The notes beneath the pieces were generated by a model. The model had not been told where the DNA came from, made no database searches, and was given only the letters and a program-made list of their open reading frames with translations. A stretch of DNA of 64,000 bases from Camelus ferus (Eukaryota). The translations under genes were made by a program, and so were the position numbers. Positions within the stretch are counted from its first letter, which is position 1. The number at the start of each line of letters is the position of its first letter. This document shows positions 39,170 through 51,818 of the stretch, one piece after another. The DNA lies in assembly GCF_009834535.1 (NCBI RefSeq), contig NC_045696.1, forward strand, positions 11,534,001 to 11,598,000, in the 5' to 3' direction.

Positions 39170-40200
39170 TCACCTGCCAGACTCTGAATTCCATCACTGT
39201 GTGACTCTGAGGCCATCCACAGGCTGCTCCTGGCCAGTGATTGAGCATGGTGGGGACACTAGGACAAACCACTCGTGGAAGCAGAGCTGGCTTCACAGGT
39301 ACAAGACCCAGGTAGTCGCACAGAACCTTGTGCTCAGAAGGGCCTCACGCTTGGTTTAAGACTCTCCTGTTAATAATTTGTTAACAAGAGGTCTTGTGTA
39401 TTCATTTCACATCAGCCCCACATATTATGTAGCTAGTCCTGCCTGTGAGACAGGTGACCCCCAGGGGGGCTTGAGGACTACCCAGCATCCTTACAGAATC
39501 TTCCTTAAATTGCATGTCAGTCTGGGACCATTCCACCCAACGCTTCTTTTCTTCTTCTCTCAAGGGTTGCTGGCTCTCCCCAGTTTTTCTGGCCTCCCTC
39601 CCCATTTTCTCACAGGCATCTGCCCTAACAAAATCCTTGCACACTTAAGCCCATTTCATTGTCAACTCCTTGGAGGACCCAGATTAGCTTAAGTGGTGCC
39701 AAGGGAGGTCAGACAATACAGGCAGAAAGATGGAAATTTGTGACTTCCTCACCCGCCACCTGGTGGGCAAAGAGGATGCAGTCTGGGTTAGTAGGTCACA
39801 AAGTAGCAGCTCCGTTGCTAAAGATGTCACTGGTGGTGGCCTGGGGAAATGTCCCAGTGGGAGGGAGTGCTGTGGCAGGGGTAGGGATGTGGGCATTTGA
39901 TGTGGGGGGAAAAGCCTACAGAGAGAGCATCGTTGGCTGAGTTATGCTAAGTCACACTGCTGCTCTGCAGAAGGAGAAGAGACAGGTAGCTGGTAACCAG
40001 CAGCACATGGCAGAGGGTGAGAGCCAGAGCACCCTAGTGGGAGCCCACAAAGAGATCACCCACCCAGATCAGCTGCAAAGGAAGGACAGACACAGGCCAG
40101 CAGCAGGCTAAAGACTTGATTCTGTGGGTAGCTCCAGAGATGTCTGAATACTCAGCCAAGGCAGGTGTGGGATGCAAAGGCCAAGGCCCTGGTGAGGAAA
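39170..40200 (+). mobile_element. Ancient ERVL-type LTR (LTR16/33-like) plus start of internal region
   Basis: LTR-like end ...aaaatccttgcacacttaagccc...ggaggacccaga followed by aagtggtgccaaggga, resembling an ERVL leader. Confidence 0.5.
39282..39441 (+). mobile_element. MER45A-like hAT DNA transposon (MITE)
   Basis: cagagctggcttca...gctcagaagggcctcacgcttggtttaa...attatgtagctagtcctg, with imperfect terminal inverted repeats. Confidence 0.75.
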
Positions 40201-40259
40201 ACCTGCATGGATGCAACCCAGCCTGTAGACTAAAACCAAACAGAAACAAGGAGAGAAAG

Positions 40260-40420
40260 AGACAAAGATGATACAATATGGCATAAGCCCCTGGATCCAG
40301 CCATACCTAAAGCCAAATCTATCTCTGGGCTTTTCAGCTTTGAGAACCAGTATTATTCCCTTTTGCTAAAAGTAATTTGAATCTAATTTTTGCCATTTGC
40401 ACTGCAGAGTCCAATCATAG
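40260..40420 (+). mobile_element. MaLR (MLT1J/K-like) fragment
   Basis: cccctggatccagccatacctaaagcca...tttgccatttgca. Confidence 0.6.
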
Positions 40421-41115
40421 TTTCCCTTTCTGTATCTTTTTGCACAGATAAGCATCTTTCTTCTATGTAGTCCAGCTACAGCAAAAATAGCTAAATGCTT
40501 TCCTTCATTATTTTTGCAGAAAAGGGAGAAATCATAGACTCACATAGAGCATGATTTCATAAGATAGTCTTGTTTTGATCAAGAAAATCCTCATGGTCAT
40601 CTGGAATTCATTTCATTCCTTCATTCTCTGCAACCCCCTTTGAGGCTTCCTCTTGGTGGACAATTAGTTTTACATAGGATGGCTCCAGATTGCTTTTTAA
40701 GCCCCGTCTTATACAATCTGGCTCTGGAACTAAGCCCCTCAGCTCCTTGGGGTTTACAGCCTGGCTTCCTGCTGATGCAAATTTCTTCTTAATCCTTAGA
40801 AGTTCCAGACCTTTTTCCTTCTAATATTTTACAAGGCATTTTGAAAAGACACAATAGATGTGGGGTTGAGGGAATGGATATCGTGGTTTCTTTACCCACA
40901 GATGGAGGGGAGTTCTTACTTAGCTGTGGTAATAAAAAATCATGAGATTATTTTAACCTCATTTCAGCTTTTCTCATAATTCAAAGAAGCATACAATCAT
41001 GGACTTCTACTCAGAGAGAATGGCTTGTATGGTTGGGATTTGGGAATGCATTGGTACATGGTTATTTATCGTATGGAATTGTCTAATAGACAAATATTTA
41101 CTGAGTCCTTTGGCA

Positions 41116-41495
41116 TGTGGCATTATTGTCCTTAAATATTTGCTGCCCCTCCCTATGGAAAGATTGTATTTCTCTGCGCCAATGACATCAGGCGAAGCCA
41201 TGTACCTTGTTTTAGCCAATGAAAAGTCCATTACAGTGATGTGTAATTTACAAGCAGAAGCTGCAGTGTAAGTTTGGCTATGTTTCTGCTTTTACCCCTG
41301 CCAGGGGCCAACAAAGTTCCAGATAGAGGCTGCTCCGTCAGCTCACATCCCAAAGTAGGATGCTACGTAAACAGAACCACAAGACGAGCAATGGACATAC
41401 AATACAAATAGGAAATAAATCTTTTTGCTGTAAGCCACTGAGATTTCAGGATCATTTGTTACAGCATCTTAGTATCAGCTACCCTGAATAACACA
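41116..41495 (+). mobile_element. MaLR (MLT1I-like) LTR
   Basis: tgtggcatt...gccatgtaccttgttttagccaatgaaa...gtaagccactgagatttcaggatcatttgttacagca. Confidence 0.7.
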
Positions 41496-43202
41496 CAGTA
41501 CCCACTATGGTACTCATTCCTTGTGCTGGATGAATAATTTATTTACACATACAACTATAAGGTCATAGTCCCCAAATGGCTTTGCTTAATAGGAGCTTCT
41601 TTTAAATAAGGGCATTAGTGTCATAGAAGATTTCAAACTTTCTTTAAGCAGCAAAAATCCCCCACCTTATGCAGAACATCAACTATTAAACTGATACCAG
41701 CAGAGTTGCTCTGTTTGAAAGAGAGAGGGCCAGGAACTTGGCAGTTCTATCTCCCCAAAGACCATACTCAAGCCAGTGCCAGACATCTGGCCAGCACTCA
41801 GTGAATATTTGTTGAATAAATAAACAGATAGATTATTTCCTGCAGAATTCTTTGAGGACTCTCTGGGGAGCGCTATATAGATCCATAGAGCAGAGTTTAA
41901 AATTCCCAGAGCAATGGTATGGTCCTATAGGAATTTTCAGATTTAGTTGTCAAATTCATATATACAGAATAAGAGAACAAGAGCAGAGATGGTAAAGATT
42001 CAGATCTTACTTTAGCTTATTGTTCCTACATCTTTCCAATCACAGTTCCATCTGTGGTGCTAATGATTGTTATTAAATAGTTTTGATAAGGGTTTCCTAT
42101 GACATCTTTTTTTTTCCTTTTTTTTTTTTTCTGGACTGGTTTCTTCTGGTCCAGCCAACAGAATAGATACTAATAAATAGAGGGGGGAAAAAACAAATAA
42201 AAAGATCTAATAATTCACATATTGGATAATCAGTCCTAAAACAATAATTCAACCCCCTGTGTTCAGACTGTGTGTTAGGGAAGATTTTAAAAAACTGATA
42301 AACCTAGAGAATTGGCTCAAAATTATATTTCCAATGTAAGAAGAATTTCTTTCCTTACTAAATCTCTCTCTCTCTTCCCATAAGTGTAGCCTGCTAGACA
42401 TATGTGCCGAATGCTCATATTATTCCATATTATATTAAGAGATCCACAGTGATCTTTTAGCAAAAGACTTTATAAAAACAATAATGGTGGGGCGGTGAGC
42501 TGCGCTGGCAAAATGACAGGCTAAAATAAACCTTTCTCAGCAAACTCTTAGATACGCTGCCTAAAATATAGTTTTTAAAAACCCTTTTAAATGTTATAGT
42601 TGAGCTCACAAGAAAGAAAGAAGAAATCCCAGGGCCACGAAGAAGGAAGAACTGAAAAACTGCTGTGTGAGCTGACACTATAGGTACTTTTTTTTGGCAG
42701 GGGGGAGTGCAGTACTGGTCCAAATGACCAAAGGACTTAGGTTTCAATGTTCATTAGGGAGCTGAGGTCCTGGGAGAGATGAAGAAGGAAGAGTGAAAAA
42801 TTCCTGCATGGAGCTGACTTGCAACCTCAGCAAGACAGTGGACCAGAAACATTTATCCATCAGCACAGCCAGTGGTTAAGGAAGAAAGCTCATCTGTCTT
42901 CTGCTTAGGCTCCGGGTAAAAAAAGAAAAAGAAATTAAAACTTTAAGGCATTGCTTCATGTGTCTGAGATTCTGATTTATACTAATTGTAGAGTCTAGGA
43001 AACAGCAAAACTGGAAATTAATACAAAAATTGGTCTTGGACTAGGGGAAAAACCCAGAGGAGAAGAAAATGCAAGATGATTCAGATTCTCTGCAAAGAAA
43101 GCCACACTAGACTGACACAAAACAGAAGCCTTACTAAAGATTAACTTACAAATATATTACACCATATATAGTATATATACATATGTTCACATATTTGTAT
43201 GT

Positions 43203-43239
<37 letters not shown>

Positions 43240-43530
43240 ACAGGTATCATAAGACAAAACCAACAAGAAGATTAGAGACCCTAAGACTTTAAGATTTTAA
43301 AAATCAAGAATCTGGAAAATAATATAAATTAAATATGCTAAAATTTAGTAAAGAACTAAATAGGGGATATGAAACTATGAAATCCTATAAAGTGAAGGAA
43401 TAACTATAAAGAACAAGATTTAGAAAACCAAATAGAAATTCTAAAAATGCAAAATATATGAAATGATATTAAATGTAAATAAACAGAAAAGCAGCAGATT
43501 AGACACAGCTAAAAAGAGAATTGGTGAAAA

Positions 43531-43702
43531 TGACAAGGTCCTACTGTTTAACACAGGGAACTATAATCAATGCCTTGTAATAACCTATGATGACAGAGAA
43601 TGTGGGAAAGAATATATATGTGTATTTGTATGACTGGATTAATAGGCTGTACACCAAAAACTAACACAACATTATAAATCAACTATACTTCATTTGAAAA
43701 AA
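43531..43702 (+). mobile_element. Short camelid-type L1 3' end
   Basis: acaaggtcctactg...acagggaactata...ctgtacacc...aatcaactatacttc(A)n; degenerate TSD aattggtgaaa / aatcagcgaaa. Confidence 0.8.
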
Positions 43703-43767
43703 AAAATCAGCGAAATGGAAGATAGATGTGATGAAATTACTCAGAATGCCATACAAAAAGAAAAACA

Positions 43768-44578
43768 AGGTACAGCTACTATGGGATACAGTATGCAGGA
43801 TCCTCAAAAATTAAAGCTAGAGCTGCCATATGACCCAGCAATTCCACTTCTGGGAATATATTCAAAGGAAATGAAAACACTAACTCCAAAAGATATCTAC
43901 ACCCCCATGTTCATAGCACCACTATTTACAAGAGCCAAGACATGGAAACAAACTGTGTGTCCATCAATGGATGACTGGACAAAGAAATTGGGTAGAGAAA
44001 TCATACATATATATATAATATATATATATAACAGAATATTATTTAGCCACAAAAATGAGGAACTCCTGCCATTTGAGATAACATGGATGAACCATGACAG
44101 CGTTATGCGGAGGGAAATAAGTCAGACGGAGAAAGAGAAATACTGTATGATCTCACTTATATGTGGGATCTAAAACCAACAAACAAGCTCAGGCTTGGGG
44201 TTAACAGAGGCAGAGCGGTGGGGGGAGGGGGAACTGGAGGAAGGTGGTCAAAATGTAAAAACTTCGGCTATAATATAAGTAAGTACTAGGGATGTTACAT
44301 ACAACATGAAGACTCCAGCTAACACTGCTGTATGATATACAGGAGAGCTGTTAAGAGAGTAAATTCTAAGGGTTCTCATCACAAAGAGAATTTTTTTTCT
44401 TTTTTCTTTTCTTCACTTTTTTATTGTATCTATGTGAGAAGATGGATATTAGGTAAATACATTGTGCTAATCATTTCACAGTATATGTAAATCAAACCAT
44501 CATGCTGTACACCTTTAACTTATACAGTGATGTGTGTCAGTTATGTCTCAATAAAACTGGGGGGAAAGTGAAAAAGAG
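43768..44578 (+). mobile_element. L1 (L1MA-type) 3' end with TSD
   Basis: ORF2 C-terminus [17 protein letters not shown]...TPMFIA; TSD aaagaaaaaca at 43757-43767 and 44579-44589. Confidence 0.88.
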
Positions 44579-44704
44579 AAAGAAAAACAGATGGAAGAGT
44601 GGTTAAGAGATTTGTAGGGTAAAGTCAGAAGAGCTAACGTAATTCCTCAGAATTTCATGGGAGAGAGGAAATATTGGAATACAGAATAGGTGAAAATTTT
44701 CTAG

Positions 44705-45760
44705 GATCTCAGCATTTTAAATACGACGCTAAAAGCACAGCAACTTTTAAAAAATAGGTAAACTGGACTTCATCAAGATGAAAACCTTTTGTGCCTCAAA
44801 CAATACCATCAAGAAAGGTGAAAAGACAACCCACAAAATGGGAGAAAGTATTTGCAGTTCATGTATCTCATAAGAGGCCTGCTCCTACAATTAAAAAAAA
44901 AAAAAAACAACCCTACTAAAAAGTGGGGGAAAGATTTGAGTAGATATTTCTCCAAAGAAGACATAAAAATGGGCAATAACCACATGAAAATGTATTCAAC
45001 AGCATTAGTCATTAGAGAAATGCAAATCAAAAACACAATGAGATACACCCATTAGGATGACTATAATCAAAGAGAGACAAAAAGTGTTGGTGAGGATGTG
45101 GAGAAACTGGAACCCTCATACATTGCTGATGGGAATACGAAATGGTACTGTCACTTTGGAAAACAGTTTGATAATTCCTCAAAAAGTCAAGCACAGAATT
45201 ACTGTATAATCTAGTAATCCCACTTCCTGGCATACACCCGAAAGAACTGAACCTGGGTGTTCAAACAAAAACATGCGCATGAATACTCATAGCACTGTTA
45301 TTCGTTATAACCAAAAAGTGGAAATAGCCAAGTTGCCCATCAACTGATGAGTGGATAAACAAAATGTAGTCTATTCATACAATGGAATATTTTTTGGCCG
45401 TAAAAAGGAGTGCTAATACATGCTACAACCTGGACGAATGTTGAAAATATTACACTATGTGAAAGAAGCCGGTCACTAAAGATCACGTAATGTATGATTC
45501 CATTTATATGAAACACCCCAAATAGGAAAATCCATAGAGACAGAAAGTAAGTTAGTGCTTGCCAGTGGCTGAGGGAAGGGAGGAACGGTGAGTAACTGCT
45601 TAATGGCTATGAGGTTTCTTGTTGAAATGATGAAAACATTCTGAAATTAGATAGTGAAGATGATTGCACAATTTTGAAATACGCCTAAAGTCACGGAATT
45701 GAACACTTTAAAAGAGTGAATCTTATGTTAATTATATCTAAATTTTTTAAAATTAAAAAC
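44705..45760 (+). mobile_element. L1MB-like ORF2 end and 3' UTR
   Basis: [41 protein letters not shown]; 3' UTR tgatgaaaacattctgaaattagatagtg. Confidence 0.85.
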
Positions 45761-46789
45761 TATGAATGGGGAAATAGACAACCCTAAAAACAATAATGCT
45801 TTGATTGAAAAATGTTTGCCAAGAAAAGAAAGAGGTTAAAAATTAATTATGACGTTTAAAGAACACACACACACAACTGCAGAGCTTCCAGTGCTCAACT
45901 CACACTGATACTGGTTTTTAAAGAGCCAGGACTGCCATTCTGCAGCATTACTAAACTGGAAAAAAATTATTTGTTTTCAGGGAGGCTACATGGAGCTGAG
46001 GCAATAGTAGAGAGAAAGAGCCAGACCGCCGTGCCTGGCAGGGAGGGAGGAACGTGAAAAGAGACCCCAGGTTCACTCTTCTTCTGCCTGTGGCCTCCTG
46101 CCAGTGCCTTCCAACAGCCAAACACAGATAGCATCCCGAGGTCAAGGAAGTCTAGAGATGTGCTCCGTAAAGATTAAATTAACAAGACACTGAGCAGGGT
46201 GGATGGCTGGAGAATGCTACTGGAGAGACAAACGGAGAAGGCACAGCCCCCATTCTTAATTCATTTTGTGTAAGATTTAAGTCAGAGGAGAATCCAAGTT
46301 GCCTGGTTTGGACCCAATTCTTACCTCTTGGGTAGGGAAGGGATGAGCATCTTGACTTGTATCACATTGAGACATTGAGATGCAAATCAAGGTACTTTAA
46401 GGAAAGTAATGCAGGCTGGTTAGTAGACAGTGATATATGCACATCTTTTAAAACTTAAAAAAAAAAATACTTTAGTGCTTTTGTGATCCCAGACAACTGG
46501 CTATAATACAAAAATGAAAATAAAATTTTCATTTCCTTTGTAAAACTGTGATCACTGAGTCCTCCCTAGCTATGAGAGGTTAAAAATCCAGTGAAAGGTT
46601 CAAAATTAATCTCTGCAAACAATGATAAAGGAAGTGCTTCCCTCCTCGGCACAGGTCTGTGTTAATGTGTGTGTGTGAGAGGAGCGGCGCCTGACAGCTC
46701 AAGTCTAGGTCACAGAGTTGTATTTCTTAATGCCATCCCAGGGACACAGACTCCTAGATCCTCTCTATCAAGCATTGGATAAGAAGCTG

Positions 46790-47030
46790 TAGTACACAGT
46801 GGTCAAAGTAACTTGTCCAAGATCTCTCAGCTGGTATGTGGTGGATCCAAGATCAAAACAAGAGCCCTTTCCATACTGCCTAGATGTACTCTGTTTAACC
46901 GTAAGCTCTGATGTCTAATGAGGCAACTAGGGACTACAGAGAAGAGAGTTGCCCAGTGTTCACACAGTAACTGAGAAAGCTAGAATCAGATAGTCCTCTG
47001 ATTCTGAAATCAGTGCATTTTCCATTACAT
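46790..47030 (-). mobile_element. Two MIR fragments
   Basis: aagtaacttgtccaagatctctcagctggta; atgaggcaactagggactacagaga...ttgcccagtgttcacacag. Confidence 0.6.
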
Positions 47031-47839
47031 GATGTAGAATAGAGAGAATTTCATTATCTCACAGTTTCCTGTTCTTCCCATCATGAAAGGGAAGCCAAAG
47101 GGATGAATGAGAGAGAAACAGGAGAAAATATCTAACTGAGCTCTGTATTTTATCTAAGTCCTTTTTCTTTCTTTGGGGATATGTGAGCGAAACTGACATG
47201 AATAGCTCTCTGTGTTCGTCTAATACCGGAGGGCACCATATAGAGCAGTAAGAGTATACACCATCAGAAACAGTATGCAAATGTGGGTGTGAGGAAAACT
47301 CATTTGATTCTCCATCTGTCTCCGTGTTTAATTACTTAGCCATAAATTAGCACTTTTTACTAGCTACATTCAGCAAATGTGATCAATTCATTGACTTTAA
47401 TGTCAAATATGGAATATTTTTGACTTTCAAGTATTTGGCCTTTTAATTTACATTAACATTTGGAAATCTAAATTAACTATTGAAATCTACCCAAATACAA
47501 TGTTGGAAATTTTTCCTATTTGTCTTCTCAGTAAGATATTTCTTTGATTGAATCATTGATGAGCTGCATTTCTGAAACATTGCTTTTTCCCCAAAGGGTA
47601 AGAAAAGAAAGAAGTTTTAACATTTAAAGGATATAGTTAGGAAGCATATCATGGATAGGGTGACCTCAGGGCCTTAAAGACACAGAGCCTGTAACTCTGC
47701 TTGAATTTGCTTACATCCCAACAAGATGACCACATCCTGCCTTCTCTACACTAACCTTATCAGACTTTGATCATCGGAAGAGGAACAGCACCTTCCAGCC
47801 CTCTCTTGCACATATTCTCTTAAAGGAGGGCAGCTTTCT

Positions 47840-47929
47840 GGGGGAGGTGTATAGCTCAGTGGTAAAGTGCAGGCTTAGCATGCATGAGGTCCTGGGTTCA
47901 AGTCCCCAGTGCCTCCATTAAAAAAAAAA
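47840..47929 (+). mobile_element. tRNA-derived SINE (camelid Vic-1-like) with TSD
   Basis: gggggaggtgtatagctcagtggtaaagtgc...gaggtcctgggttcaagtccccagtgcctccatt(A)n; TSD gagggca(g/a)cttt on both sides. Confidence 0.9.
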
Positions 47930-48184
47930 GAGGGCAACTTTGCAGTTTGTCCATTGGTGAGATCATCCCTTATTGTTGTGTATTCACAATGGATCAAACC
48001 ACTATGTGGCCTAACAGAGAAATATGGAGGATGAGGTTATGTCTGGTATTAGAACATTAGGGATGAGAAAAAGCCCACGTGAGGCAGAAAGTGTTAAGGA
48101 AACATGTAATAGAATAACTACAAATATGTATATGCGTACACTTGCTTTTACACTGCCCTGATACCCTACTCCTCCTTATTCCTT

Positions 48185-48612
48185 GTCCACAGAAGCCCAG
48201 TTTTGGTTAGGAAGGTAACATACCCAGCTCCGAGCAATGGGTCAGGATTGGTTGAAGCCAATCATGACAATCCTGCTCCCCAAATTCCCAGTTCTCTTGC
48301 AACTGCAGATAGCCATGGGTACAGATAGCCACTCTAGCTGATAAAATTTAGTAGGAAGACTTCTGTGGACTTCTAGAAAGCTTCTGGCTCCTTGATATAA
48401 GCTCTGGGCTGCCCCTCTCACCCTTTCCTGTTATGAATGTAGATGTGATATTTGGAGTGGTGAAGCCATCTTGAGATTGTGAGTGAAAGGCAAAAAGAAC
48501 TTGCCAAGAAATCTCAGAACTAACGCCAGGAACCACCTACTTTTGGACTTTTTATTGTATGATAAAAATGAATCTTCTATTACATGCAACTGAGTGCATT
48601 CTTAGCCAATAC
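48185..48612 (+). mobile_element. MaLR (MLT1J-like) LTR
   Basis: gattggttgaagccaatcatgacaatcc...gaagccatcttgag...catgcaactgagtgcattct. Confidence 0.65.
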
Positions 48613-49636
48613 GTATATGAATTGCCAAAATATATTTAAGTACGAAAGTACTAAAATAGATTCATAACAGGGGAAGAGTTACTGGAAAGCCAAGTGTTAG
48701 TTCAATGTCTGCTTCCCAATTAGCCTCAGAACACCCAGCTGGTCCAATTTCAGTTCCTCAATTGGGTGCTGATTCATCAACCCACTAAGACAGTGGGTTC
48801 TGAAGTGTGGTCTCCAGGCTGGAACAAATGTAAGAGAGAGATGTGTTAGTGTTTTGAACGATGCACTCAGCCAGTACTGGGAGGAAAGGCAGGCACTGAA
48901 CGTTCTGACTGGCTTCACTGCTCCAAACTCACCTACTCACCATGGACAGAGTGCTGGGCAGTTGCTGAGCCTCCTGGCTAAGAAGTTCCAAGGTTAGATC
49001 CTCTGAAACCAGCTGAGAAGCTTCTCAATAGTCCTAGTAGTCCCAGAAAAAAGCCAGAGCTCGACCCAAAAGTGAGCTACACATTCGATGCAATCTCTAT
49101 CAAAATTCCAACATTAAAAAAACAAAAAAGCCAATTCTCAAATTTATATGGAATTGCCTGGGTGGGCTGAGAGGCTCTGAATAGCCAAAGCAATCTCGAA
49201 AAAAAAAAAAAAAAGAACAAACTCAGGACTCAACATTTCTCAATTTCAAAACTTACCACAAAGCAAAAGTAATCCCAAATATGTGGTACTGGAATAAGGA
49301 CAGACCTAGAGACCAAAGGAAGACTAGAGAGTTCAGAAGTAATCCCATACTTACATGGGCCAATTGATTTTTGACAAGGGTTCCAAGACCATCCAATGGG
49401 AAAAGAACAGTATCTTCAACAGATGGTGCTGAGACAACTGGATTTCCATGTGCAAAAGAATAAAGCTTGACACTTATCTTATACTATATATAAAAATGAA
49501 CTCAAAATGAATCAATAACCTAAATATAATCATTAAAACCACAGAAGTCTTAAAAGAAAACAGAGGTAAATCTTCATGACCCTCAATTTGGCGATTCTTA
49601 GATACAACACCAAAGCACAAGGCACAAAAGAAAACA

Positions 49637-49828
49637 AACAAAAAGTTTCTTCTGTATAGCACAGGGAACTATATTCAATATCTTGTAATAAACTTTAATG
49701 AAAAAGAATATGAAAATGCATACGTGTATGTATATGCATGACTGGGACACTGTGCTGTACACCAGAAACTGACACATTGTAACTGAATATACTTCAAAAA
49801 TTTTTAATTTTTTGAATTAAAAAAAAAA
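49637..49828 (+). mobile_element. Young camelid-type L1 3' end with TSD
   Basis: ctgtatagcacagggaactatattcaatatcttgtaataa...gctgtacaccagaaactgacac; TSD aaaagaaaaca at 49626-49636 and 49829-49839. Confidence 0.85.
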
Positions 49829-49930
49829 AAAAGAAAACAGATAAACTGGACTTGATTAAAATAAAAAATTTTATCCATCAAAGGACAAAAAAAAAAATCC
49901 TACAGAATAAGAGTAAACATTTGCAAATCA

Positions 49931-50516
49931 GGTTTATGGCAGCAAAATATCCAGAGAATGTGCCCATCCCTCAGCACAGTGCCTTATGTGCATGGAGCAC
50001 TCACTGGCCTGATGGAGAACATGTGGACCTTACAACCTAGCCTTCTGTTGCCCCGGTGAAATTAATCACTTCATTGTGCTGACCCACCACTGATTAAGCT
50101 GGCTTGTTCCAACACCTACAACAAAGAGTTGTCGATGTTTGTTGTGGCTGATTTTAACTTCATGTAGTCTCTCTCATTACCCTCTGATAATATTCCTTTG
50201 ATCTACATATTCCCTGCCACCCTGAAGATCCATTCCACAGAAGGCAGGAGCAAAGCCTTCTCCAATCTGTGGCTTTCATGTGACAGTTTCATGTGACCAT
50301 ATTCTATGCAACTCTTTTCTTCATGTATCTCAGACCCCTTCAGAAGAGTTCATGGAACAGGGGAAAATGATGGCTGTGTTTTATACCACTGTGGTCTCCA
50401 TGTGGAATCCCATGATCAACAGTCTGAGGAACAAGGATGTGAAAGAAGCTTTGACCAAAGAACTGTTCAGTAGGAAATTGCTTTCTAAATAAACTTCAGT
50501 GCTAATTAAAAAAAAA
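49931..50516 (+). pseudogene. 5'-truncated olfactory receptor retro-pseudogene (family 5, OR5M8-like)
   Basis: Frameshifted pieces YGSKIS, TVPYVHGALTGLMENMWT, YNLAFC, EINHF, CADPPLIKLACSNTYNKELSMFVVA, YIFPATLKIHSTEGRSKAFS, VTIFYATLFFMYLRP, EQGKMMAVFYTTV, NPMINSLRNKDVKEAL; stop 50490-50492, AATAAA 50488-50493, A-tract 50508-50516. Confidence 0.9.
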
Positions 50517-51299
50517 TTTGCAGATCATATATCTGATAAGGATTTAATATTCAGAATATATAAAGAACCCTTACAACTCAACAACACAAAAGACAAACAA
50601 CTCAAATTTAGAGGGGGCAAAAGACTTGAATAGACATTTTTTCCAAAGAAGACATACAAATGGCCAATAAGCACATGAAAAGATGCTCAACATCATTAGT
50701 CACTAGGAAAATATAAAACTGCAATGAGATATCACTTCACACTTAATAGGATGACTATAAAAACAAAAATAACAAGTGTTGTTAAGAACACGTGGAGAAC
50801 CGGGAAAGCCCACACATTGCTGTTGAAAATGTAAACTGGCGCATGGCCACTGTGAGAAACAGTTTAGTTAGCTGTTCCTCAAAAAGCTAAGCATGGAATT
50901 ACCATGTAGCCCAGCAATTCCACTCTCATATCCCCCAAAACTGAAAATAGGGATTCAAACAGATCCTTGTACACCCATCTTCGCTGCAGCATTATCCACA
51001 ATAGCCAAAGGGTGGAAACGACCCGAGTGTCCATTAATGCATGAATAAATAAACAAAATATGGTCTATCCATGCAATGGAATACTATTGAGCCATTAAAA
51101 AAGAAAGAAGTTCTGACACATGCTACAACATAGTTAAACCTTGAAAACATTATGTTTAGTGAAAGCCAGACACAAAAGGACAAATATCATATAATTCCAT
51201 TACGTGAGGTGCCCAGAATGGGCAACTTCACTGAGACAGAAGGTGGATTAGAGGTGAATGGGGCTGTTGGAAGGACAGAATGAAAAGTTATTGCTTAAT

Positions 51300-51818
51300 T
51301 GCATGGGTTCAAAACCTGGGGAGCCTCCCAGGTAAGACCGGCTCCTGTACACAAAGAGCAAGGAGAGACCAAGGAGGTGGCAGGCCACTCCAGATCAGCA
51401 GGCAGCAGTGTCAGTAAGCAGGGTGAGTAGGTCTCCATACCTGCCTGCCAGAATCTCAAAAGTTTATATGAAGGCTTCAACAGGGTTCACTCACATAGAA
51501 ACCATCCAGATGGTCTCAACAACCCATTGTTCTTTCAAGGCTGCATCCTTCAAAATGGTTCCCATGCTGTATAGCTCAGTGAGAGAGTGCATGCTTAGCA
51601 TGCCTGAGGTCCTGGGTTCAATCCCCAGCACCTCCATTAAAATAAACAAATAAGTCTAATTGCCTCCCCCGCCCCACCCGTTTTTTTTTTTTTTAAGTTT
51701 CCACTCTGGGAACAGTGGGCAGAGAGCATCCATTCCAACGACAGGGGAGGGGGCTAAGGAGCCCAGGTCTAGCTTATGGGTCAACAGGGGTCACATCCTC
51801 TGATGACTTCCTCCAACA
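51300..51818 (-). mobile_element. Solo LTR (TG...CA termini) inserted in the L1 3' UTR
   Basis: Splits L1 ttgcttaat|...|aatgggtacaaagtttctgtttggggtgatg; family and strand tentative. Confidence 0.6.
51567..51680 (+). mobile_element. tRNA-derived SINE (Vic-1-like) inside the LTR
   Basis: gtatagctcagtgagagagtgcatgcttagcatgcctgaggtcctgggttcaatccccagcacctccattaaaataaacaaataa. Confidence 0.85.

Larger units (their letters stand above)
42540..44705 (+). mobile_element. Old L1 5'/ORF1 region interrupted by two younger L1 3' ends
   Basis: agcagattagacacagctaaaaagagaattggtgaa...gaaatggaagatagatgtgatgaaattactcagaat resembles ORF1 (SRLD.AE.RI.E.ED...EI.QN). Confidence 0.6.

Noticed and set aside
43694..44173. 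159-aa ORF as a novel gene
   Set aside because: Chimera of L1 ORF1 and ORF2 fragments across an insertion junction.
47840..47915. Possible tRNA gene
   Set aside because: A-tail, TSD and several diverged copies in the window indicate a tRNA-derived SINE.
50280..50492. 70-aa ORF as a functional olfactory receptor
   Set aside because: Lacks the N-terminal half (no MAYDRY region) and the upstream part has frameshifts and a stop; it is a pseudogene fragment.
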